Below, piece after piece: positions 25,583 to 38,350 of a stretch of 64,000 nucleotides of DNA. The DNA lies in assembly GCF_963676685.1 (NCBI RefSeq), contig NC_092355.1:72850001-72914000 (forward strand), read 5' to 3'. The stretch comes from Mytilus edulis. Its lineage: Eukaryota. Position numbers and translations under genes: made by a program. The notes beneath the pieces were generated by a model. That model saw nothing but the letters and a program-made list of their open reading frames with translations, was not told the origin of the DNA and did not search any database. Position 1 is the first letter of the stretch. The number at the start of each line of letters is the position of its first letter.

Positions 25583-26925
25583 CTGTAAAGAAAAAGACTG
25601 AAATTATTTGAAATATAATCAGAACATATGTGAGCCAATGATTCGTGTTGAAGACCGTACCTCGACCTATAATGGTTTAATTTTATCAATCATGACTTGG
25701 ATGGAGATTTTTGTAATTGGCATTCATACCACATCTTCCTCTATCTATATATATTTTTTTTTAATGTAATTGTGGAGTTAACGACTGTAATGAACAAGAT
25801 TTATATTCCCTCACTCTAAATAAAAGTCGTCATTAAAGTTAGATGGAATTTGAATTCGTATAGCAAATAAGTGTTTATTATACAAAAGATATGTCAGTGA
25901 CTCTCAAATAAAAGCAATATGAAGGCCAACATGATTTCGTAGCATTAAAAAACACATTTAAGAAGACAAGAGGTCTGGCGATTAGTGAATAATTAATCTT
26001 AGTTTAAAGTCACTGATAAATAACTAACAAAAAGTAAAATCACAAAAATACTGAACTTAGAGGAAGATCAATTGGGAAAGTCCATAATCACATGGCAAAA
26101 TCAAATAACAAAACGCATCAAAAACGAATGGACAAAAACTGTAATAACCATGTTTATTCAACCTAATTAATTAATCTGTTTTAAAAATCATTAGGACTAT
26201 AAAAAGATATTGCATCAACAGTTTTTAAAAGCAGGACCTTGTCAAATACAAAATTTAAGTTTCTACAGGATTTTAAACTGTGATTCTAATGTATCTTTGG
26301 TGAATCAATGGTTTTGAATGTTTTGAGCGTATAGTTAACAATCACCCTGTCTGTAACTAAGGAAGCCGACTTCATGAATTCTGCATCTAGAAATCTACTT
26401 TTATAAAATTTTACTACATTTTGAGGCGAAGAAGAAGCCAGAAAATGCCTTGTGTTTACGTTTGCCGCCGGAAACATACCCTTGGTGTCACTTAGTGTAG
26501 GCGCAAAATATGATAAAATCATTTCACTGAATTTTTGTTTAATGAAAATTTTCCAATGCAGTTATGTATGAGATTATTGTTTTGTATATGAAGGTCTGTG
26601 GACATCCATCACTAGACTAACTGTCGTGTATATCCGTTAACCTTTCTCGCCAAGTAAACTCAATGTGCAACATTTAAACTACCGATGGACGTTTACAAAG
26701 TTTCAAATATAATACAGTTTATCTCTTAAGTGTGCATCACTTTACAGTAACACATGTTTGTTTATGATTTATCTGATTAGATACAACATAAATCATACTA
26801 TAGAAAAAGAAAATTTTTAAGATTAAAGGGTGTGCAAAAGAGACGAAAAATATCTGAAATACAAATAACATTTATGAATAAGTGTATCCAAAGGAACAAA
26901 CTTATTGTTATAAGGTAAAAATTAC

Positions 26926-27264
26926 CTGGATATATCCCACACACGCATTTCCCAAATTAAGAAAATAATCCATTGGCACAGTATGCAAAGATATCCGCAA
27001 CACTGATAATACGCCATCGAAATTAAAAACCATTACGATATATCGAAAGCGCGCATTAATCTTAACATGCTAGCAAATGCTTTTAAGATTCACGTTCAAC
27101 CACTATCCACATCTTTTATTAGGTTGTTGTCTGTATATCACATGCATAAGTAGATACAATCTGGAAATTTCCAATACTACATTTAAAAAAAGACATTATT
27201 TAGATTATTTTAACTCTACATTCATTCAATAGTAAAGTATCTAAAAATAACCTAGGGATTTACC
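26926..27264 (-). promoter_or_regulatory. Putative IAP first exon / promoter with kappaB-like sites
   Basis: Donor CAG/gtaatt at 26925; GGAAATTTCC 27163-27172, GGGATTTACC 27255-27264, GGATATATCCC 26928-26938. Confidence 0.4.
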
Positions 27265-29817
27265 TATTTACTTCTTGTTGAAAATTTTCAAATCAATCAA
27301 GTTCAATGATTGTTATTGTGTATAATAGATAAACGGACAGCCGTTTATCACATTTGATATCAATCATTTAGTTTTGAGATCATTGTACTAATATGTATTA
27401 AATGCCTGGGTTTTTTTTCATTTTACTTTAGTTTATGTTTTGATCGTAAACTATAATTGTTGTTGTTGATGCAAGAAAATAATGTGCACTAGACCTTAAA
27501 CTTTCTATCTGAAACATATCATGCATATATATAGAAAAAAGGTGAATTATAAATATAATTGTAAAGTGGGTAAAAATTATTTTTTTGGTAACAAAATGCA
27601 ACGGGATATGTGTTACTGTCGATATCTTTAATAAACATCATCGGATGAAAAACCAAATGACAAGGGATTTAAATACAAAATGTTTTGCATTGATCTTTCA
27701 ATTCTCAATTTTATCTTATATTTTATTTAACATTTTTAATTAGTTTAGCTTTTATAAAAGTTCACATGATAAACATTTATTGATTAGATGAAGTATCGAC
27801 CTCTTTCACGTGATTATTTCGTCATGTGACAGTTTAATCTTTAAAGTTTACAACATTCCATAAAATTAATTTAACTATTTTTACAGTATGATGTCATCAA
27901 CAAAATAACAAAAATTTCAAGATAAATTTCAATAGGGAAAGCCCATAAAAACTTTTAAAATTAAACGTTATCAACCATAAAAATCTGAACGAATTGACAA
28001 CAACTGTTTTAGTCCTGACTTGTTACGGGCATTTAAAAAAAATAAAACTAGCTACTCCTACCACTTGTATGACTGTTGTTTATATTTCCGTTGTATTCAC
28101 AAAATGGGATAAGAAACCCAAGAAACATAATAGAGAAATGTGATAATAATTAAGATTCAGCCACAAAAACTGTGTAATGATGCATCACAGACAAACTACA
28201 CACCTGACAAAAAAATCAAACAAAGATGATAAAATCAAAGTTGCTTTTAGGTTAGCCAATGGTTATAATAAGACCAATCACCAATGATCTACAAAATCGA
28301 CCGACCAGCAAATCTTTAATAGACGATACCACTTCGATAAGTAAAACATATAAAAAAACATTTTATGCAACTCTGTTAATTTGGAGTAAGCAGTTACGAA
28401 TTGAGTTTGAAAAGAGGGACAGTAAAACTCATTAATCGAAAATAAACTGACAACGCCATGGCTTAAAACAAAAACGACAGACAAACAATAGTACCCATGA
28501 CACAACATAAAAAATTGGAGAATAAGCAACACGAACCCCACCAAAAACTAAGGGTGATCTCAGATGCTCCGGACGGGTAGGCAGATCCTGCACCACATGT
28601 AGCACCCGTCGTGTTGCTTATGTGATAACAAATCCGGTAAACAGTCTAATTCGGTAGGTCACAGAAACTACGACTCACTTGGGTAAAAAGGAGCTAAGGT
28701 TCCTTTTGTTCATCAAGTTTTCATATATTCAGGTATTTTAATTTTAATACAGTTACCTTTCAATTGTTCAGGATGAGCATTCTGATGAAGGCTTATCATT
28801 GAAAGTACTTCAGAAGTTTTTTGCATACTGGTTCGCCGAAACCCGTCCAACATTGCAAACAAGAAGCTCAACTGACTATAGTTAGTAGCATCACCGATGA
28901 AAGATATATATTTCTGTATTCACTAGAGATAGAACTATAAACTCATAAGCGGAAGGTCAATTCTTAATGACTAATATATGCATGTTTCATCTAATCAACA
29001 ATCTGTCTGAATGTAACAATCGAGAACACAACTGGTGACATTGAAGATTCGGCGACTTTACTTGTATCGCAAGTATATGACCGCGTAAATATTTCGATAG
29101 TAAGTTTATGAAATAATACTGTTTGTCATCGATTCTAGTTTAAAGTCGTCTATCTGTGTTAGTTATTTTTGGGGCCCTTTATAGCTTGCTGTTTGGTGAG
29201 CCAAGTCTCCGTGTTAAATGCCGTACCTTGACCTCAGCTATAATGGTTTACTTTTATAAATTGTTACTTGGATGTAGAGTTGTCTCATTGGCACTCATAC
29301 CACATCTTCCTATATCTAGTGAGAATATCAGGGAAACATTGACATAAAAACCGTTCATTTAACATGTTTATTATATTCTAAGAGAGGCAAAAGATTAATT
29401 GGATAAAAACTCCTAAGTCAAAACAGAAATGACAATACCATCGAAACAAAAGACAAAGAACAGTCTACAAAACACAACAAAGAAAACTTATGAATGAGCC
29501 AAACGAACTACACCAAAAACTGGGAGTGATATTGTGTGCTATAGATGTTGCAACCGTCGTGTTGCGTAGATGCCTAATCAATGGACTAATAAAGCTGATC
29601 GACCTTTTGAGAGTAACACAACGGGTACCTATAATCCATCAGCATCTGTGTCAATATTGAGGAAACAATCAAGAAATGAAACAGAACTTCGGTGTCGGTG
29701 GTATCAACGGAGAAAAGAAAAAGACTGTTTTAAGAGTTATTGTTCATAACATGCATAATAAGTGCAACATTTTCCTTGACTTACAATCGAAAAATTATTT
29801 TGTTATATAATTTGGAG

Positions 29818-29852
29818 CCCCCCCCCCCCACCCCCCCCCCCCCCCCACCCCT
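29818..29852. repeat. Poly-C tract (G-runs on the minus strand)
   Basis: About 30 C interrupted by two A in otherwise AT-rich DNA; a shorter C run lies at 54015-54029. Confidence 0.9.
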
Positions 29853-30117
29853 TTTCCTCAAGAAATATTTTATTTTTATATTTTTAAGAAGCGTTAGTAA
29901 AAGCAGTATGTTGGGTGCTTTTAAATCATTAGAGAAGAAATCTATTCAAAAATGTCACTCGCCGATGCGGTTTCATAATGAATATTCTGTTCTCATAATA
30001 AATATTTAGTGCATTTACATTTGTTTGATGTTTGTTTTCAACGAATACAAATTTAAAATACACACACACACAGGTAGGCCTAAATGTTATCTATAGTCGA
30101 CATGCACAAAACAACGA

Positions 30118-30216
30118 TCACATGATCATTATTACCTGTAGGTACACATGCAATCACGGAAGGTAAATTGTATGACATTGTCCAACTTGTAATCGCAAAT
30201 TCATGTATTATAACTG
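30118..30216 (+). promoter_or_regulatory. Putative promoter and non-coding first exon of TRIM-like gene A
   Basis: TCACATGA 30118-30125, CGGAAG 30157-30162, donor ACTG/gtaagtt at 30217; homologous to 34474-34582. Confidence 0.6.
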
Positions 30217-31303
30217 GTAAGTTCGTCAAATAAATCTTAGATACGTTTATTGGTCACCGTTGGCTGAATATTTTTCATTCCCTAAAATGTGTATCATTTA
30301 CCAAAAGCTTACTAAAAAGAAAATCTAACATATACTTTATAATTGTATCTAAGAGTAAAAATCAATTGCATAAAGACAACTGTAATGGTTACCAAAACGT
30401 TGGACACTTTAAACCAGGTATTTGATATCTGAGAATCAGGAAATATATGCAATTGAGAATTCCTTGAAACATTTTTTTTTTCATATCATTCAAAATCATC
30501 AGCCAAACTGTGTACTACAAGAATCAACTGCCCTTCGTCTCCCATTTCATACCTAGATGTTATATATGTGGTGCTGTTGCTATACGTGTAGTTCTGATTT
30601 TAAATCATTTTTTCAGAGATAAGCCTTCAACGCTTAAATTCCTTAAATTGATGCAATTCAAATTACATTAGCTACAATTTGAAACAGCTACTACGAAATT
30701 CAAAAAGATAAAAATAAACGTGAACATGTGGTAATTTTAACAGATTTTTAGCATTCACTTTCTCAAATGTTAAAATTCTATACTGATATACTAGTATATG
30801 GAAGTACAATCAGCCCATACAACAGCACTATACGGTTATAAGTAAAGAGAAAGTAAATTAGTTTTTCCTAAATAAATAGAAAATTTGAAGTAAAGATTTT
30901 TTTACCAAAAAATAATTTGAAGGGCTTAAGTGATTTCTCGAAGATTCGAACATTTGCTGAAATGCATTATGAATCGAACACAAAATCACTTAAAAAATAC
31001 CGAAATCCGAGGAAACTTCAAAACGGAATCAAATGCCAAAATCAAAAGCTCAAACATATCAAACAAATGGATTAAAGCTGTCCTTCTCGTGACTAGGCAC
31101 AGACATTTTCTGATGTAGAAATGACAGTATATTCGATACAGTTACGAAATGATTTCTAATCCATAAACATGCATGGTCAAAAAATTAATGTTATGAGGCA
31201 CAATACTAACTGTAATAGATTTATATGTACAGGTTATATATCTTTATACTTGTATAGTATTCAAGCTATATGTTATCATTATCAATTGATGTTATTTTCA
31301 GAC

Positions 31304-32962
31304 ATGGCTACCGTAACAAGTACAAACTGTACTGTGTGTGAGTCACAGTCCATTATAAACACAGCTGTGAAGTGGTGTTTCGAATGTGATGAAGCATTTT
31401 GTCCCGACTGCCTTAAGTACCATAGCAACGTTAAGTTAACAAAAAGTCATGCTGTTGTTGATGTAAGTGATTTAAAAGAGTTGCCTGAATTCGTACTGAA
31501 AATAAAACAGCATTGCGAAGATCATGGAGCGCTTTTCCAGAACTATTGCTTAAGTCATGAACGACCATGTTGTCGGATATGCATTAACTCGACTCATAAA
31601 AACTGTACAGATTTGCCAACTCTAGAAGATGTAACCAAAAATGCTCGTAATTCAATAGCATTAGAAGACATTAAAGAGCGTCTGCTAAATCTGAAAAAGT
31701 ATTACGAGTGTCTTTGTCTGGAAAAACAGTCAAATGCCAAAGAAATACAGGCTCAGTCGATAACCATTATTGAGCATGTGAAGTCCACCCGACTTAAATT
31801 GAATCAGCATTTAGATCGTTTAGAAAGAGAAGTTCTTAAGAAGGTATCCGATCTGGAAACAAATGCACTACAAGATTTGGAGAGAATTTCTAGAGATTTA
31901 AAAGATAAGGAGGACATATTAGATGATTTAAACAAAAGCATCATAAAAATGCAAAATCATGCATCAGAACTACAGATTCTTCTCGGAACGAAGGCACTCG
32001 AATTTGAAATAAGTACACGGGAAAAAGAAATTGAAGGCTTGACAAAAGATAATTCGCTTAACGTGAGAAGCATTGATTTTAAAGAAAATATTAAACTTTC
32101 AGCTTTCACTACTGATGTTTTTTCATTCGGTGATACTGCAATGGAGATGAAACCATCAAAAAACAGTTACACGATGCCTAAAGAAAAACAGGCACAGATG
32201 TCAATCGAGGGAAGAAAGTTTGATGATATCAGACTCAAATTGATTAATGAATTTAACTTCAGGGTAGCTATGTATGGATGTGCAACTTTGAAAAATGATA
32301 TTGTATGTTATACTGCTTATAACACAAAAACCGTGTATGTGAAAAATACCAATGGAGTTTTGTTACACTCGATTGTTCTCCCTGAATACCCATACGACGT
32401 CGTGTTTGTAAACGACCAAGCATTAGCTGTAACAGCTGAAGGTAAAATCCTAATCGTCAGCCTAAAAACAAGATCAGTTGCGAAAACTATTGAGGCTTCG
32501 CTTGATTGTCATGGAATATCCATTTCCGATAAGAATTTGATTTGCAATTCAGCGAAAGAAGGACTGCTCTCAATTAATCTTGATAATGACATTTTAACTA
32601 AGCTTGATATTGGAAGTAAAACAACTGATTCATATGTTGCAATGCATGATGGAAAAGTTTACTGCACCAATACTGCACGTCCTTCCATTCAATGCTACAA
32701 TGTTGATAAAACACTTGCTTGGGAATTCATGGACAAATCGTTGATTCGACCACGCGGTATAGCTGTTGATAAAACTGGAGTCGTTTATGTCGGGAACGAG
32801 GGCGGTGGAAACATAATTGTGATCTCCCCTGATGGAGGAAATCACAAAGCAATAAAGATTGATAGCATTCCAAATCCGAGGACACTTAGTTTCAACAAAG
32901 CAAGGACACGTTTGCTTATTTGCAGTTTCAAAGGTGAAGCGGGTATTTTTGACTTTACGTGA
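31304..32962 (+). CDS. RING-less TRIM-like protein A: two B-boxes, coiled coil, NHL-like beta-propeller (552 aa)
   Basis: Acceptor ttattttcag/acATG; CTVC..WCFECDEAFCPDCLKYH..H; CEDH..YCLSHERPCCRIC..H; coiled-coil region; PYDVV, PRGIAVDKTGVVYVG, PRTLSF propeller blades. Confidence 0.92.
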   Translation: MATVTSTNCTVCESQSIINTAVKWCFECDEAFCPDCLKYHSNVKLTKSHAVVDVSDLKELPEFVLKIKQHCEDHGALFQNYCLSHERPCCRICINSTHKNCTDLPTLEDVTKNARNSIALEDIKERLLNLKKYYECLCLEKQSNAKEIQAQSITIIEHVKSTRLKLNQHLDRLEREVLKKVSDLETNALQDLERISRDLKDKEDILDDLNKSIIKMQNHASELQILLGTKALEFEISTREKEIEGLTKDNSLNVRSIDFKENIKLSAFTTDVFSFGDTAMEMKPSKNSYTMPKEKQAQMSIEGRKFDDIRLKLINEFNFRVAMYGCATLKNDIVCYTAYNTKTVYVKNTNGVLLHSIVLPEYPYDVVFVNDQALAVTAEGKILIVSLKTRSVAKTIEASLDCHGISISDKNLICNSAKEGLLSINLDNDILTKLDIGSKTTDSYVAMHDGKVYCTNTARPSIQCYNVDKTLAWEFMDKSLIRPRGIAVDKTGVVYVGNEGGGNIIVISPDGGNHKAIKIDSIPNPRTLSFNKARTRLLICSFKGEAGIFDFT

Positions 32963-34473
32963 TCGGTTTTTTGAAAAAAATATCTTCATCAGTGCTGTTC
33001 AGATGGTACATTATCATGTAGAAATGTGATTTTCTAAACTGTCAAATATTGAAATATCATGCTTCGTTAGAATTTTGTGTGTGTTTGAATTATTATAAAT
33101 AGTATTTCATCGATATTACTTTTAGTTACGTAATACACAACACGGAAAATTAACAAATACCATTGAAATATTATTGAATAAAGATTAACGTAACAATATT
33201 TAACTCTTTGCTATCTTTTTGTAAGATTTGTCGAATTTCTATAAGATGATTTTAATTAAAGGATACCTCAATGTCGATAGAAATTTTGTTAGGGATTGAA
33301 GACGAATGGATCAGCATACAAATTATTCATTTGATACCAAATTTGGATTTTGCGAAAACAAGTGAACCGAGAAATCATCACGTTATCATAGATTCTAGTT
33401 TTAACATCTTGAAGTAGTCCATCTATGTCAATATAGATGAAAAGATTCAGACATGACAGGACTTGCTTATTTTTGATCGCATCCAGATCAATTTTATATA
33501 AGTTGCAATTTTAAATGAAAATAATATGCTATCCATGTCATTGCCAATAAACGATAAACTTTTTGAAATGTATTTTTTATCCCCGAAATTATATTTTGCT
33601 TTAACAGCTATGTCATCTTTATTCAATGATTTTCGTTAACTTACACTACTCTGTGAAGTACGATTAACCAACTCTGTAGCGTTGTATGGGGAAATTTTAT
33701 TGTTGAAAATGACAAATGGATCAGACACAACTTAGTAACGTTTTCTCCAATGAGGATTTGACGATATTTACAGTTAAATGTATTTTCACGGTACAACAAT
33801 TGATGACCTATATTTTGGTAGTGTACAAGGTTATGTTTTTCTCCTACATGTAATGACGTCTTCACGCTAATCGCTTTGGAAGCTGGATGAATACATGATG
33901 CTGTTTATTAGTTGTTATTGGTTTTGAACTATCTGTCAGAAACTTACTGTATTTTTTTGTTGTTGATATGGACGAGACTTTGATACACCCTGTCCCGTCC
34001 TGTCTGTGTTTTTGTGTTGTGTTCATGCTTTTCTTTTTGACAATCTAATGATTAACGTCTTTCAAATGATTTGCATAGTTTGTTCTAATGTTTTGTTTTT
34101 ACGTCACTCTACAAGGTTAAGGGATGGTTGAGCTCTCACGGACATGTTTAACGCCGCCACATTATTTATGTGTCTTTCCCACGTCAGGCGCCTTTAGTTC
34201 AATGGTTGTCATTGGTTTATGTTTGTCATTTTTGTTGGTCGTTAGTTGTTTTGTTATAAATTAGGCCTTTTAAGTTTTTTTCATTTGATTTGTATTATAT
34301 TATTCATGATTTTTTATAGCCGACCACACGGTATGGGTTTTTCTCGCATTGGTGAATGCCATTCGCTTGCCTATAGCATCTACTTTATTTAGATTCGGTG
34401 GATAGTAATATCATTGATAATCATACCACATCTCTTTATTTTTGTAATGAGTTTTTACGCCAAAATAGCAAAA

Positions 34474-34582
34474 GTCACATGATCATTATGACCATGATGA
34501 CCTGGATGAACACATACAATTGAGGAAGTTGAATTACACAACATTATCTTATCTGTATCGACGAGGTCGGTTATCATTACTG
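34474..34582 (+). promoter_or_regulatory. Putative promoter and non-coding first exon of TRIM-like gene B
   Basis: GTCACATGATCATTAT, GAGGAAGT 34522-34529, donor ACTG/gtaagttc at 34583; paralogous to 30118-30216. Confidence 0.6.
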
Positions 34583-36072
34583 GTAAGTTCAACTTATAAC
34601 AAGATAAAATCTATATCTTAGGTATATTTTTGTTACATATTAAACTGAAAATCTACAATATACATGATATATTTTATCATTGACCCGGAGGATAGCAAGA
34701 ACAGAAACGGTTACAATTTTACTGCACCAGATGCGCATTTCTACAAATCATGTCCAGGCTACAATTATGAAGTGTAAAGGATTTCGATGACAAGAAGTTT
34801 AGTTTTTTAATTGTCCGTTTTAATACATGTCATCACTATGTTAAGTTTTATTTATTTCCTAAGATGTTTTTTTCAAATCCGATTTGGAGCTTTTTTCTCA
34901 AGATTCATTTCAATAGTTCTACAATGTGTATTTTTAATGAAAATCGTGCTCGTTCTTAGGTCGTGTGAAGTTACACCTAATGATAAAAGAACAAGTGAGA
35001 TGTGTCTTCAAAAAAAAAGAACATTGAATGATAGGAAAAAATCACTTTTGCTCCTAAGTGTTTCAAGTATTTTTGTGGTAGATCTATATTTAAAGCAAAG
35101 CATACTTGAACCTCATTTATAATAAACGATGTGTAAAGGAAATGCATAATTAAAAGAGAATAGAAAATAGCATTTAAATGTAAATTTTTGTCACAAGTAC
35201 TTGTGAGGTGTATCAACAGGAAATTAAGAAGAAAATTAGAATTTTAGAAAATGAGTCTTAGGAAATAGGTTTTATTCACAAATAATGATAGCTACATATT
35301 TTAATTGATTAATTTTAAAAATATGAAAATATGTAACAAGTTTTAAACAAACTGTAATAAAATCTTAACATAAACACCCTTTAGTGTATAAAATAGAATA
35401 AGCAAAAGATTGGTCACTTTTTTTAATTACATTTCAAAAAAATATTTTACAGATATGGAACAGTCTGATGAGGATGTTTAAATTTTACGATTGAAATCTG
35501 AATCTTTTATATATCATTTCTCATAATAATGTTTAGTGTAATTTAAAAAACAAAGACATAATAAGTACCTGTATTAGTAAAAAGTAGCACATAGAAATAT
35601 TAGTATTGTTTGAGGTGTCTTGTAAGTATATCTGAAGTACCGTATTCGTTTGTAAATTTATGAATAAACATATGTAATTACATTAATATCAATATCTCGA
35701 AATGATGCAGTTATATAATTTGGTATTTTTGTTAATATATTTTTATGAGACTTTTTTTTTGTCTAATAAGACAAGTACAGGAATTGTTTTCTTTCACAAG
35801 ATTAGAACAAAGAAACAAATCCACTTAAGGACAACAAATGCGATTTAACAAATCATTATGGATACTTGTCTTCTCAACTTTAAAAACATAAGAGAATAAT
35901 AAATGATAATTTTGTTTTCAAATTGTGAGCGGTTTATGAGTAAGTATAACAAAAATACATCTTAGTACTAAGGTAACGTGGTAGTGGCACCATCACTACT
36001 TATTTGTACTTTTTACGCATGCATAAATGCTCTTCAACTTTGTTTTTTCTGGTTTTACAACTATTTTGATAT

Positions 36073-36110
36073 GAGCGTCACTGATGAGTCTTATGTAGAC
36101 GAACGCCGTA
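36073..36110 (+). ncRNA. Hammerhead ribozyme relic (family 2), stem III and cleavage site deleted
   Basis: gagcgtca-CTGATGA-GTCT tatgt AGAC-GAA followed by cgccgtac instead of acgcgcgtctggcgtac. Confidence 0.7.
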
Positions 36111-36678
36111 CTAAATTATAATCCTGGTAACTTTGATAACGATGAAACTATACAATAACAAACATTTATGAACTTTTGTTATAGAAATGACAGGTTAAGT
36201 CAGCTATTAAACAAGGTGTGATTCACCATTTTATCATAAGTAAATGCAAGGTCCAAGTCTAGAATATGACAATGTCATTAACTTGTTGTGTATGAGTCTT
36301 TGGTTTTCTTATTTTATAAAGGACTTTCTGATTTGAATTTTCTTCGTTCGGTGTTTTTGTTATTATACGTTTTATATACAAAGACTTCGTTTCATAAGCA
36401 TAGTCTGATGTAAAATAAATTATACTGAAGTAAGTGGTATAAGAACAGACAAACGTTGTTCAACATGTTCAATGCAAAAACAATTGGTAGAAAACAAAAG
36501 CATCGAATCCTATATCTAAGTCCCTGATTTTAGGATGACAACAAATTAAACATGACATCAAATAGACTGCTTTAATATCCATACAATTTTTTTAAGCGGA
36601 GATTATGTTCACGTGAGTCATAGAGACCAAAGTGATAGTTAAACATATATAAATACTAATTTTATTTTGATTCTAGAC

Positions 36679-38350
36679 ATGGCAGATGCAACAACTACAA
36701 ACTGTACTGTTTGTGAGGCACAGTCCGATATGAAAGCAGCTGTGAAGTGGTGTTCAGAATGTGAGGAAACCTTTTGTTTCGACTGCCTAAAGTACCATAG
36801 CAACGCCAAGTCAACAAAAAGTCATGCCGTCATTGATGTAAGTGATCAGAAAGAGCTCCCTGATTTCGTACTGAAAATAAAGCAGCATTGTGGTGAACAT
36901 GGAGCTCTATTCCAGAACTATTGTTTAAGTCATGCACGACCATGTTGTAGGAAATGTATCAACTCCACCCATAAGAACTGTATAGATATGCCACCTCTAG
37001 ATGAGGTCATCAAAGATGTTAGCAAGTCAGCAGCTGTAGAAGACATTCAAAAAACGTCTACAGAACCTTAAAGAGTACTATGAGCGTCTCTGTCAAGAAA
37101 AAGAGGAAAATGCAAAAGAAATAAAAACCCAGTCGAAAGCTATCATTGCTCATGTCATGTTCACCCGACTTAAGCTGAATCAGCATTTAGATTGTTTAGA
37201 GAGGGATGTTCTAAAGAAGGTATCTGAGCTAGAAAATAATGCACTACAAAAGATGGGAACAATTTCGAGGGACTTAAAAGGGAAGGAGGACAGAATAGAT
37301 GAGTTATACAAAGGCTTCATAAAAATGCAAAATCATGCGTCAGAACTTCAGATATTTCTCGGAACCAAGGAATTCGAATTAGAAGTAAGAAGGCGGGAGA
37401 ATGAAATTGACGAATTGGCAAAAGATGATTCGTTAGAAATAAAATGCATTGTGTTCCAAGAAAATATAGAACTTGCCTCTTTTACTTGTGACGTTAGTTC
37501 TTTCGGTGATATTGGAATACAGATTACTCCATCAACAACCATTTACACAAAGCCAAAAGAGCAACAAGCACAGACTACAGTTGAGAGAAAAAAGATTGAT
37601 GACATCAATCTGAATTTGTTGAAAGAAGTTAAATTTGCGGGAAGCTATGTATGTGGATGTGCAATTTTGGATGATGATGCTTTATGTATTGCTGGACCGA
37701 ATACAAAAACATTGCTTTTGAAAAATACAAATGAATCTTTGATGCACAAAATTACTCTACCTGATAAGCCGTATGACATTACCTATATAAACGAACAAAC
37801 ATTAGCAGTTACGACATCAAAATATAGCAGCACAATATTTATCGTCAACCTGAAGACAAAAAAGGTCGAGAAAACCATCAACACTGAATACAGATGCTAT
37901 GGAATATCTTTTTCGGACGGGAACTTGATAGTCCATTCGTCTGATGTAGGACTGATCTCACTAAATATAGAGAGTGGTATAGTAACTGTACTTGGTATTG
38001 GAAATAAGGTGTGTGATGCTTATGTCGCTGTGCATGATGGTAAAATATACTTTACTAATCCGGTATGTCATTCCATACAGTGCTACAATGTCGATAAATC
38101 ACTTTCCTGGGAATTCAAGGACACATCGTTGATCGCACCACGAGGTATAGCTGTTGACAAAAATGGAATGGTTTATGTGGGTGATCAGGGAGGCGGAAAT
38201 GTGCTTATCATCTCCCCTGATGGAAGTAAACACAGTGTTATAAAGATCGATATGATTCCTAGGCCAAGGACACTCAGCTTTGATAAGACAAGGACTCGTT
38301 TGCTTATATGCGGCGTAGACGGTCCAGTAGGCATATTTGTTATCACGTAA
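36679..38350 (+). pseudogene. TRIM-like paralog B with a single +1 frameshift (pseudogene, null allele or assembly error)
   Basis: ttctag/acATG at 36679; colinear with gene A; removing one A from the A6 run at 37049-37054 restores an open 556-aa ORF to TAA at 38350. Confidence 0.85.

Noticed and set aside
29740-30009. Polyproline-containing 89-aa ORF
   Set aside because: The prolines come from the poly-C tract; no other coding signal.
31169-31303. 45-aa N-terminal extension of the 597-aa ORF
   Set aside because: Lies upstream of a strong acceptor (ttattttcag at 31301) and is absent from paralog B; read as open intron sequence.
35462-35500. CTGATGAG...GAAA resembling a hammerhead core
   Set aside because: No stem I or stem II pairing around the boxes.
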